Below, piece after piece: positions 1 to 9,200 of a stretch of DNA of 64,000 nt; the first letter of the stretch is position 1; each line of letters begins with the position of its first letter. Below the pieces are notes generated by a model, which did not search any database, was not told the origin of the DNA, and saw only the letters and a list, made by a program, of their open reading frames with translations. Source of the DNA: Bacteroidia bacterium. GTDB lineage: Bacteria > Bacteroidota > Bacteroidia > AKYH767-A > 2013-40CM-41-45. The stretch spans positions 18,646 to 82,645 of the forward strand of contig DAOQWA010000007.1 of NCBI GenBank assembly GCA_035341855.1, read 5' to 3'. The position numbers were made by a program, and so were the translations under genes.

Positions 1-300
1 CTCCATTTTTTATTCTACCGCATTTTTTAAAATTCCACCTAATTATTCTCAATCAAATATTCTGCCTTTCTGCGGTTCATTTCAAAAATAAGATTCCGGA
101 GTTTTGTCGGAAAAAGCAAATGGATATTGAGTGGAAATTCCGGTCTAACTAAGCAGCGAACCCCCGATAAAATTGTCTAAATTACCAAGAAGTACGTGAT
201 CACATTCTTCGGAATCTCCACTCAATTGGAGGATTCTTCAATTTTGTAAGTAGCAGTCTTTTTCGTTTCTTGTAAGCAAAGCTATTAATCAAAAAACGAT

Positions 301-909
301 ATGAAAAAGTTGATCTTGTTGCTATCTATTGGAGCCCTTTTTGGTGTAAGTGGTATTATTGCTGATAACCAGCATGTAGATGTGTATACTGTAGATGTAA
401 ATAATAGTACTGCTGAGTGGTTTGCAGCCAAGTTTACAGGTAAACATAATGGAACCGTAAACATCTCAGGTGGTCAAATCAGGAATAATCATGGACAGTA
501 TAGCGGGTCGGTTGAGGTTGACATGAATTCTATTAAAAATTCAGATATAAAAGATGAGAAGATGAATGCCAAGTTGGTGAATCATTTGAAGTCAGAAGAT
601 TTTTTTGATGCCGTAAAATATCCTAAGGCTACATTTGTCATCACCTCGATTACTCCACTTAAAGCTATTGAAGAGGGAGCGACTCATAAAGTCGAAGGAA
701 ATCTGACAATAAAGGACAAGACAAACCCAATCAGTTTTGATGCGACCATCATAACACAGGAGGGTAAAATTACCTGCGTAGGTTCTGCAGTTGTTGATCG
801 ATCAAAGTTTGATGTTCGTTATGGATCAAAGAGCTTTTTTGAAGATATTGGCGACAAGGTAATTTATGATGAATTTACTTTGAAGTTCAATATTGTTGCA
901 ACAAGGTAA
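301..909 (+). CDS. YceI-like periplasmic protein (polyisoprenoid-binding family)
   Basis: 202-aa ORF starting at ATG with an N-terminal signal peptide (MKKLILLLSIGALFG). YceI-like sequence pattern is visible (VDxxxSxxxW...G...G, DFFDAVKYPKATF). Confidence 0.75.
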   Translation: MKKLILLLSIGALFGVSGIIADNQHVDVYTVDVNNSTAEWFAAKFTGKHNGTVNISGGQIRNNHGQYSGSVEVDMNSIKNSDIKDEKMNAKLVNHLKSEDFFDAVKYPKATFVITSITPLKAIEEGATHKVEGNLTIKDKTNPISFDATIITQEGKITCVGSAVVDRSKFDVRYGSKSFFEDIGDKVIYDEFTLKFNIVATR

Positions 910-983
910 TCATTTGTTGAACTAGAATGTTTATCATTTTGACATCGTTGCTTGTTTAATCTGGTCGACTAAAATTATTTATA

Positions 984-1301
984 ATGAGCTTAAAGTTTTC
1001 AAATAGTCCTTTGGGTAGGTTTCGAAAAGTTGCATTGGCCGAAGGCATTTCTTTTATTCTCCTGCTGATGGCAATGCCTTTCAAACACCTGTACGACATG
1101 CCACAAGGTGTAAAGATTGTCGGATGGATCCATGGGTTTTTATTCATACTTTATATGATCATGTTGCTGAATGTAAAATTGAGCAATAAATGGTCGGTCA
1201 CAAAAAGTTTAATTGCCTTCCTTGCATCCCTGATTCCTTTCGGCACATTTGTTCTAGACAGGAGTTTGCGAAAAGAAGAGCAAAGACAGGTAGTTGTGTA
1301 G
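984..1301 (+). CDS. DUF3817-family small membrane protein
   Basis: 105 aa with two predicted TM helices (EGISFILLLMAMPFKH... HGFLFILYMIMLL... PFGTF), matching the DUF3817 pattern. Confidence 0.55.
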   Translation: MSLKFSNSPLGRFRKVALAEGISFILLLMAMPFKHLYDMPQGVKIVGWIHGFLFILYMIMLLNVKLSNKWSVTKSLIAFLASLIPFGTFVLDRSLRKEEQRQVVV

Positions 1302-1348
1302 GACAATAGCCGGTCCGGAGCTGAAGTCTTATTAATTTAGTCATCTAT

Positions 1349-1380
1349 TAGCCGGAAATATAACTTTCCGGCTATTAAAT
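1349..1380 (+). terminator. rho-independent terminator hairpin after the DUF3817 gene
   Basis: Perfect 10-bp inverted repeat TAGCCGGAAA-tataac-TTTCCGGCTA (1349-1374) followed by TTAAATTT. Confidence 0.5.
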
Positions 1381-1481
1381 TTGGGCTTTACGAATGAATA
1401 TTTATATATTGTACTTGTCAATGTGGGTTTATTCAACTCCTTTGATTAAGTGAATAAGTAAATTTTTTGCGCCCGCTTTTT

Positions 1482-3158
1482 ATGGTTGACAAAGATCCCG
1501 GCTTGTATGCCTGTAGTTTGTTTCTGAATTTGGAAGATGAAATTATTGCTGAGATCCTTTCAGATTCAGAGGTGAAAGAGTACCCTGTTGGGGCTGTTTT
1601 TATTGAAAAGGGCAAAGTGCCGGATGCATTGTTTATAATCACAAAAGGTAAGGTTGGCATATATAATGAAGATGTGTTGCTGGCTCAACTGGAACCTTAC
1701 TCCATGATGGGTGAAAGCTTTTTGGCAGATGCATCGGCTACTGCCACTATCGTTACCCTCACTGATGTGTCTACTGTTGAGATAAAGAGGGAGCTGTTTT
1801 ACAAGCTTGCTGTAAAGCACCCCAGACTTGTTTTCAATATTTTCAATATCAACTTTCAAAGACTTCGAAATTCAAATGACATTGCTTTAAAGGAAGCACA
1901 TGAGCGGGAAGCGAAATTGGAGAAGTTGGTCAATGAACGTACCAAAGAATTGTTCGAGACAATGGAAGTGCTTAGATCTACCAATACTGAATTATCAATT
2001 ACCAGAGATAATCTTATTGAAACCCAGAAATTCAGACAGCAGTTTCTAGCAAATATGAGCCATGAGATCAGAACTCCGATGAATGCCATCGTTGGTTTGA
2101 CTAATCTTCTCATTAAAACTCCGGTAAACGAACAACAGGAAAAATATTTGCAAGTGATCAAGAAGAGTGGTGCTAACCTGTTGGTAATCATCAATGATAT
2201 TTTGGATCTGGCAAAAATAGAGAGCGGAAAGATGGAGTTGGAGTCAGTACCTTTTCCTCTGATCAATGCAGTACACAATATTCAAACGATCCTTAGTCTT
2301 AAAGCTGAGGAGAAAGGTATTAAAATGATCGCCGATATTGGTTCAGATGTTCCTGAATATGTCCTCGGAGATGAAACCAGAATTACCCAGGTAATCATGA
2401 ACCTTGCCGGTAATGCTATCAAGTTTACTGAGAAAGGTAGTGTTAAACTGTCTGTTACAATAGAAAGTAAGGATAAGGATACCTATAGAGTGCATTTTAG
2501 TCTTAAGGATACAGGAATAGGAATTCCGGAGGATAAACTTGATACAATTTTTGAAAGTTTCGGACAAGCATCCAGCGCCACCACCAGAAAATTTGGTGGT
2601 ACAGGTTTGGGACTGACTATATCAAGACAACTTGTCGAAATGCATGGTGGTGAACTGAAAGTACGAAGCACTTTTGGTAAAGGATCGGAGTTCTATTTTA
2701 CAATACCTTATGTTGTGGCCGATAAGCCTGCCGAAGAGGTAGGTGCAGAGTTTGGAGATCAGGAGAAGCTGGCAGGAATGAAAATTTTACTCGTGGAGGA
2801 TAATGAATTCAATCAGATGGTTGCTGTGGACACCCTGCAGGATCTATTTCCTGACTTAAAAGTTGATGTGGCACTGCACGGCAAAGAGGCAGTGGCTATG
2901 GTCCAGGAATCTGATTATCGTTTCGTGTTTATGGATATTCAGATGCCTGAGATGGACGGATACGAAGCCACAAGAGAGATAAGGAAACTAAAAGATGAGC
3001 ACAAGAAGAATATCCGAATTTGTGCAATGACAGCAAATGTGACAAAAGAGGAAATTGACAAATGTCTTGCGGTTGGCATGAATGACTACCTGATGAAACC
3101 CTTTGATCAAGAGGTTCTTCGTGAAAAAGTATTAAGAAATGCTCTTGAGGGTGATTGA
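1482..3158 (+). CDS. hybrid sensor histidine kinase/response regulator with N-terminal cyclic-nucleotide-binding (CAP effector) domain
   Basis: The listed ORF begins at TTG 1467, so the first ATG at 1482 is the likelier start. The N-terminus has a cNMP-binding pattern (VGAVFIEKGKVPDALFIITKGKV...GESFLAD...ATIVTL). This is followed by a coiled coil, a HisKA H-box (SHEIRTPMNAIVG), an HATPase_c domain (GTGLGLTISRQLVEMHGG) and a C-terminal REC domain (KILLVEDNEFN...FMDIQMPEMDG...K). Confidence 0.85.
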   Translation: MVDKDPGLYACSLFLNLEDEIIAEILSDSEVKEYPVGAVFIEKGKVPDALFIITKGKVGIYNEDVLLAQLEPYSMMGESFLADASATATIVTLTDVSTVEIKRELFYKLAVKHPRLVFNIFNINFQRLRNSNDIALKEAHEREAKLEKLVNERTKELFETMEVLRSTNTELSITRDNLIETQKFRQQFLANMSHEIRTPMNAIVGLTNLLIKTPVNEQQEKYLQVIKKSGANLLVIINDILDLAKIESGKMELESVPFPLINAVHNIQTILSLKAEEKGIKMIADIGSDVPEYVLGDETRITQVIMNLAGNAIKFTEKGSVKLSVTIESKDKDTYRVHFSLKDTGIGIPEDKLDTIFESFGQASSATTRKFGGTGLGLTISRQLVEMHGGELKVRSTFGKGSEFYFTIPYVVADKPAEEVGAEFGDQEKLAGMKILLVEDNEFNQMVAVDTLQDLFPDLKVDVALHGKEAVAMVQESDYRFVFMDIQMPEMDGYEATREIRKLKDEHKKNIRICAMTANVTKEEIDKCLAVGMNDYLMKPFDQEVLREKVLRNALEGD

Positions 3159-3238
3159 CCCGGGACTGAGAAATCTGAGATTACTCTGATAAAAGTTAAT
3201 TGTTTTATACCTGCGACATAGAATTAAAAGACATTTTT

Positions 3239-3868
3239 ATGAATCATGTAAAATCAAGACCAATATCAGATAGAAAATTTACAATGGACAGGTATATAAA
3301 ATTAAAGGAACATATACTCGGGTATTTAAAAGCAAGATTGCCGGATAATTTATATTACCACAGTTATAATCATGTGATCGATGTATTGGGTGCAGCTGAA
3401 TTTCTTGCAGAGAAGGAAGGCTTAAGCCCGATAACGAAAGAGCTTGTAAAAGTTGCAGCATTGTTCCATGATTCAGGCTTTACAATAGAAGCCAGGGAGC
3501 ATGAGAAATTAAGTTGTGATATTGCGCGGGAATTGCTTCCGGAATTTGGTTATACTTTAGCAGAGATAGAACTGATAGCTGCTATGATCATGGCAACAAA
3601 GTATCCGCAAAGTCCGACTAACTTAATGGAAGAAATAATTTGTGATGCCGACCTTGATTATCTGGGTCGCGAGGATTTTTTTGAAATTGGAGGCTTACTT
3701 TTAACTGAACTGAATGAATCTGGCCGGTTTAAAACTGAAAAGGACTGGAATCATTTTCAGGAAAAGTTCATCAGTTCACATAAGTATTTTACAAAAACAG
3801 CTCAGGAACTTCGTGAACCTAAAAAGTTGGAGCACTTAAAAATGATCAGAGAAAGTTTGAAAGATTAA
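3239..3868 (+). CDS. HD-domain metal-dependent phosphohydrolase
   Basis: HD motifs are present (YHSYNHVIDVL, ALFHDSGF, CDADLDYLG). The start is chosen at the internal ATG 3239, downstream of the listed ORF start at 3200. Confidence 0.7.
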   Translation: MNHVKSRPISDRKFTMDRYIKLKEHILGYLKARLPDNLYYHSYNHVIDVLGAAEFLAEKEGLSPITKELVKVAALFHDSGFTIEAREHEKLSCDIARELLPEFGYTLAEIELIAAMIMATKYPQSPTNLMEEIICDADLDYLGREDFFEIGGLLLTELNESGRFKTEKDWNHFQEKFISSHKYFTKTAQELREPKKLEHLKMIRESLKD

Positions 3869-3903
3869 TCCGAAAAATTATAAAAGGATTTTGCAAAAAA
3901 AAA

Positions 3904-5925
3904 TTAAGACCTGATGCCTTCAACAAAATACATGTCTATTTCACCTTTGTTTTTAGCTTTTATTTTTCCACGGTGAATGCATTTGAATTGATCTTTAATA
4001 ATTTCATAAGTAGGTCCGCTAACATTTACCTTGCCTACCTCGCCACTTGATTCCATTCTTGAAGCAGTATTAACTGTGTCGCCCCAAATGTCATAGGCGA
4101 ATTTTTTAATTCCGACAATTCCTGCTACAACAGGTCCGGTATGAATACCAAGCCGAAGTTCAAAAAATGGCTGTCCGGTTGATTCTCTTTTTGCTTTGTT
4201 TTTCGCAATGAATTCCTGCATCTCAAGACCGGCTTTCACTACATCTGTTGCATGTGTAGAGTTTGGTGCCGGAAGACCGCCTGCGCACATGTAACTGTCA
4301 CCAATAGTTTTAATCTTCTCGATACCGTATTTAGTGATGATCTTATCAAATTCGCTGTAGCAATAATTAATTTCTTCGACTAATTCTTCGGCCGATAATT
4401 TTTCGCTGGCCTGAGTAAAATTTTTGAAGTCAGTGAACATGACACTTACCTGATCAAAGCTTTTTGCTTTTGCAGATCCTGTTGCTTTCAACTCTTCAGC
4501 TGTTTCTTCCGGAAGAATGTTCAGGAGTAATTCTTCACTGCGTTGTTTTTCTTTGGCTATTTTCTTTTTCTGAAAGAATACAACTACAAGGAAGATGCAC
4601 ACTACAGAAAGTCCGCCGATAGTAGCATTTTTAATTTGCTTTTGTCTTTTAAGATCCAGTTCCTGTAAAGCTTTGTCCTTTGTCAGGAGATCAATTTGTC
4701 CTTGTTTCTTTTGGATATCGAAGGTGAATTGTAAGCCGGAAAGTTTTTTATCGGCATCAATATTATAAAGTACTTGCTTGATTTCTGTAAGCTTACTTTG
4801 GTAGTTGTAAGCTTTTTCATATTTACCTTGTTTTGCATAAGCGAGTGCAAGTCCGGCGTAAGTATTCATTAGTTCAATGTTTGATCCGCCAAGTTCTTCA
4901 CCCAGTTTTTCTGCTTCCGAATATGCGCCAATTGCCAAGTTGATATCTCCCATAGCAAAATAGGTATCACCTAACCAGAGTCTTGCTTGTGTCATGTCCA
5001 AAAGAGTTTCCAGTTTTTTGGAAATTTCATAGGCGTTTTTTTGATAGCTGATCGCTTTGTTGTATTCTTTTCTACGGGCATAAATTCGTCCGATCCAGTT
5101 CATTGCCGCCGGAAGGTCTTCACTTGTTTCAGAAATTTTCATTGCTTTTTCAAAGTAGACGAGGGCCAGACTGTCGTTTACTTCTGCAAGGCTATCGATT
5201 GAAGAGCGATCGAGTGATTTGTATTCAGAGGACTGTGATATTTGAGTTGTGTCTTTTCGGAAATATGCTTCACCTATGTTAATACAAATTGTTCCTATTG
5301 CATCTTTTGTTTCCTGTGATTCTTGATCATGATAAGCTTCCATCAGTGGAAGGGCTCTGAAGTAATATTCCAAAGCTTTGTCATAGGTTTTAGGTTTGTT
5401 GGAATAAACACCTCCAATATTTGACAAAGCAGTTACTATTCGAAGTGTATCCTTGAGCTCTTCTGAAACTTTGAGAGAGTTGAGATACAGTTCAAGAGCT
5501 TTGTTATCATCCCCCTGATTAAAATAGACTGCGCCTTCATTGCTTAATATATTTGCTACTCCTGTTTTATCTCCAATTGAGTCAAACAAAGCAAGAGACA
5601 GCTCCCAATATTCAAGTGTTTCGACTGATTTTCCTTGCAAATAATATCCAATACCAATTGATTTTAAAGCGGTGGCAGATTCTTTCGCAAGATTTGATTT
5701 GACTGCAAGATCATTGGCAAGTTCGGCAAAGCGAATTGCCTTTTGCGGATCCGAGCCATAATATTTTTTTGCAAGTTCAAGAAGTGCAGTTACTTTAAGC
5801 GAATCATCATTCGTTGTTGAGATGATGCTTTGAAGGCTGTCAATTTCTTCGTTTTGAGCGACTGTTAGTTGAGTCAGACCAAAAGAGAGTATAAAAAGCG
5901 AAAATACTAGCCTATACATTGGCAT
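3904..5925 (-). CDS. TPR-repeat, membrane-anchored class III adenylate/guanylate cyclase
   Basis: Signal or TM segment at the N-terminus, many TPR-like repeats, one internal TM helix (IGGLSVVCIFLVVVFF), and a C-terminal CYC domain (FTDFKNFT...IKTIGDSYMCAGGLP...LRLGIHTGPVVAGIVG...WGDTVNTASRMES). Confidence 0.85.
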   Translation of the reverse strand: MPMYRLVFSLFILSFGLTQLTVAQNEEIDSLQSIISTTNDDSLKVTALLELAKKYYGSDPQKAIRFAELANDLAVKSNLAKESATALKSIGIGYYLQGKSVETLEYWELSLALFDSIGDKTGVANILSNEGAVYFNQGDDNKALELYLNSLKVSEELKDTLRIVTALSNIGGVYSNKPKTYDKALEYYFRALPLMEAYHDQESQETKDAIGTICINIGEAYFRKDTTQISQSSEYKSLDRSSIDSLAEVNDSLALVYFEKAMKISETSEDLPAAMNWIGRIYARRKEYNKAISYQKNAYEISKKLETLLDMTQARLWLGDTYFAMGDINLAIGAYSEAEKLGEELGGSNIELMNTYAGLALAYAKQGKYEKAYNYQSKLTEIKQVLYNIDADKKLSGLQFTFDIQKKQGQIDLLTKDKALQELDLKRQKQIKNATIGGLSVVCIFLVVVFFQKKKIAKEKQRSEELLLNILPEETAEELKATGSAKAKSFDQVSVMFTDFKNFTQASEKLSAEELVEEINYCYSEFDKIITKYGIEKIKTIGDSYMCAGGLPAPNSTHATDVVKAGLEMQEFIAKNKAKRESTGQPFFELRLGIHTGPVVAGIVGIKKFAYDIWGDTVNTASRMESSGEVGKVNVSGPTYEIIKDQFKCIHRGKIKAKNKGEIDMYFVEGIRS

Positions 5926-5976
5926 TTCTTCAATTTAATTGGATTTGTATCCGGATAAATTTATAAATCGCAATGT

Positions 5977-6011
5977 AAAAAAAAAGAGGGAACCATGTCC
6001 CTCTTTTTTTA
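5977..6011. terminator. bidirectional rho-independent terminator
   Basis: A9-AGAGGGA-accatg-TCCCTCT-T7: a GC stem flanked by an A-run and a T-run, directly 3' of the giant minus-strand gene. Confidence 0.6.
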
Positions 6012-6027
6012 TTGGTGAAATAAGATA

Positions 6028-6270
6028 TTATTGTTTTTTAATAACAAAGAACTTCTGTACAGTTGTTTTGTCATCCTTGCTTACAGAAAGGAAATAAACA
6101 CCCGGAGTCCATGTAGATGACTCGATATCTATTCTATGTTCTTCGTTCGCTTTCACGAAGCGATCAAACAGTATGCTTGTTCTTGAGCCATTGATCTGAT
6201 AAACTTCAACAACAACCTGCCCATCATTCTTGCCAATAAACTTTAATACTGCATCCTGAGATGTTGGATT
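6028..6270 (-). other. T9SS type-A C-terminal sorting domain of the giant protein
   Basis: C-terminal ~80 aa: ELYPNPTSQDAVLKF...VVVEVYQINGSRTSILFD...GVYFLSVSKDDKTTVQKFFVIKKQ. Confidence 0.75.
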
Positions 6271-9200
6271 AGGGTAAAGTTCAAACGATCTGCCTGCATC
6301 AAGATCTGTCGATTCAAGTCTGCAATTTGTGTTTATTGAAACCGACTTATTCAAAGGAAGACTTAATCCACACAGGTTTTCTGCCTTCACGGTTAGTATG
6401 GTCGAGTTAGCCGTGCCTGTAGTGAAATTAACAAGAGCGGAACTTCCGTTTCCTTGTGGTGTAGGGATGACGCCATTTGTAGCATACCAATGATAAGAGA
6501 TTGTACCAGGGACAGAAGAGCTGGAGTACAATACTGAAGTCTGACTCTTACACACCGATCCAGGTCCGTCCATTGTAGAAGGAGCGGCAAGTAATGCTGA
6601 TACTGGTAAGCAACGAGAAATAGAAGCACCACAACTATTGGTGGCGCTCACACACACAGTTCCGTTACCGGTAAATGCTGCAGTATAATCGACAGTGATT
6701 GAGGTACCGGTATTATTGACAATGTTTACTCCCGAAGGTACAGTCCAGTTATAGCCTGTTGCACCCGCAACCGGCGCTATGCTGTAAGTAACTCCACTTT
6801 GTAAACACAAACCTGTGTAAGGTCCGGAAATTCCACCCGGCTGACCCGGGATAGAACGTATCGTAAATTCACGGGTAAATGTTCCACAGATATTCGTTGT
6901 TGATATCGACAAGACTCCTGTAGTGAATGAAGGTCCAAAATTAAAGTTTGCTGAAGTTCCGCTTTGTGATGCCACGGAAACATCGCCGCTTACAACTGCC
7001 CATGTGTAAGTATCAGTTCCTATGACAGGCGCCATGGTATAAGATACATTATTTGTTCCGGCGCATACATATGTTGGTCCAACTACAGCATTGCCATTCA
7101 CCGGTGTTCCGGTGATAGTCATTGAACGGGTAGAGGTAGTTCCCATACAATTAGAAGCATTGACCATCACTCTTCCTTGTCCGAATGCTGCACTAACACT
7201 CACAATAATAGAGTTGCTTCCCTGACCACTCAGGATGCTGGCTCCTGCACCGGTGACTGTCCAATTATAGCTTGTTGCATTTTGTACAGGAGATAGAGTG
7301 TAAGTGTGTAAGCCCGGTCCACAAGCTATGGCAGGTCCGTTGATGAATCCCGGGTTAGAAGGTCTGAGAGAAAGTACAATGATATTCGTACTTGATATTT
7401 GTCCGCTTCCACAAACGTTCTCAGGTGTTACGCTAAGGAATCCTCCATTGAATGTGTTGGAGAAAGTCAGGGTAATAGATGTAGAAGTAGATGATCCGCT
7501 AGTACCCGGAGGTATTGTCCAGGCATAGGAGGTAGCTCCTGATACAGGTGCAATAGAATAAGTCACTACAGAATTTCTACAAGCTCCATAAGGACCTGAA
7601 ATGGCACCGGCCGGTTCAGGTGGAATACCTGCTCCGCTAACCGTAACTGTTACCACTCCGGTACATCCCTTTGTATCTGTGATCGTAACTGAATAAGGTC
7701 CGGCACTTAATCCGGTGGCAGTTTGTGTTGTTTGGTTATTTGACCATAAGAAAGTGTATGGTGCCATACCGCCTGTAGGATTGATCGTGGCAGTTGCATT
7801 CGCCAATCCGCATATTTCAGTGGTTGTAGAACTTGTTCCTTCAACTTTAGCAGGTTCAGTCATCTCAAACGTGCCTGTTGCAATATTTCCATTGTCATCT
7901 GTTACAGTAAATGTTTGCATACCTGCCATTACTCCGCAAACTATTCCCGTACCTATATATGGTCCCGTTCCTCCCGTGACATTTACGGTCACGCAACCTG
8001 TTCCGCCGAAGCATTCAATTGCTGTTTCTTCTGTCACAGTAACTTCTATCTCCGGTGCTAACATAGTAAGCACTCCCAGATCGTAGGTGATCATGAAGTT
8101 GTTTGACGAAAGGAGAGGTGCAGGTACAATTGTGTGAGTCCCTACAGTTGTTCCTGTGATCAAATTGATGGAGTAGAAAGTATCCAGCGAATCCGTCGGA
8201 GGAGCGTTCACATCTTCTTCGTCAATGATTACCACTACATCATCATGTGTCGGGTCGTCTATGTCTTCGCTATTGACAATTGCACGTCCATTTACAATGG
8301 CTCTGGCATTCACAATTGCTCTTCCGTTCACAATTGCTCTTCCATTCACGATTGCCCTGGCATTCACAATTGCTCTGGCATTTACGATTGCTCTTGCGTT
8401 AACAAGTGCAGATGAATCCGGGTTTAACTGATAGTTAAAGATAGATTCAACGCCAACATCCACAACATTGGTTGTATCGTATTCGGTGATATTGTTCACT
8501 ATTGCCCTGGCATTTACAATAGCTCTGGCATTTACGATTGCTCTGGCACTAACAAGGAATCCTAAATTTTGAAGGTCTGAGTTTACGATTGCCCTTCCAT
8601 TGACAATTGCACGCGCATCCACCAGGGCAGTAGCGTGTTCTGCGATGTTTTCAAGGTGTTCTGTTTGCAAATCAAGAAGGAAAGAATTCCTGATTGAGCT
8701 ATCTATATTGGTTTCATCGTAGGTGTAGCTGTATGAGAATCCATTGATCTGTTGCCCTTCAACCAATGTTGTATCATTTGGCTTAATAACCAGAGGAAGT
8801 TGTTCAACTGAAATTAGTCCGTCAACGAAGGAGTATGTATAGGCTTCAAGTAAAGCAACGTCTATACTATCTGCCGGATCAAGCACTCTCATAGATGGTC
8901 GGATGAAATAAAGGTCCACATTGCTGAGGCTGTGTGCCGGAGTGGTGAAGAAGATCGTATCTAGTCCTACATCAGCAAGAGTCAGACCGGTATTTTGAAT
9001 AGGAACACTATCTACCAATACAGTCGCAGTGAATGCAGGTAATACTTCTCCATATTTTTTAGAAGTGTCATTTGCAATTACTATGATTGATTGTTTTGTA
9101 CTTGGGAAGAAAAATGCAGAATCTGAATATCCGCCATCGTTCATATTTGTCACTGTTGGTGGAGTGTATACCTGTACAGGCGGGTTGCCAATGAACGAAG

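Noticed and set aside
1433-2671. Several 60-140 aa minus-strand ORFs inside the hybrid histidine kinase gene
   Set aside because: They are antisense to a long, motif-rich CDS and are typical shadow ORFs.
8134-8431. Plus-strand ORFs 8134..8415 and 8225..8431, the latter reading (AF/PF)TIAL repeats
   Set aside because: They are alternative-frame readings of the 18-bp tandem repeats inside the giant minus-strand gene. No independent start context exists, and they are fully embedded in a 3.6k-aa ORF.
8275-8640. Possible CRISPR array (short direct repeats)
   Set aside because: The repeats are 18 bp, contiguous with no spacers, in frame within a protein-coding ORF, and no cas genes are present. 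This is a coding tandem repeat, not CRISPR.
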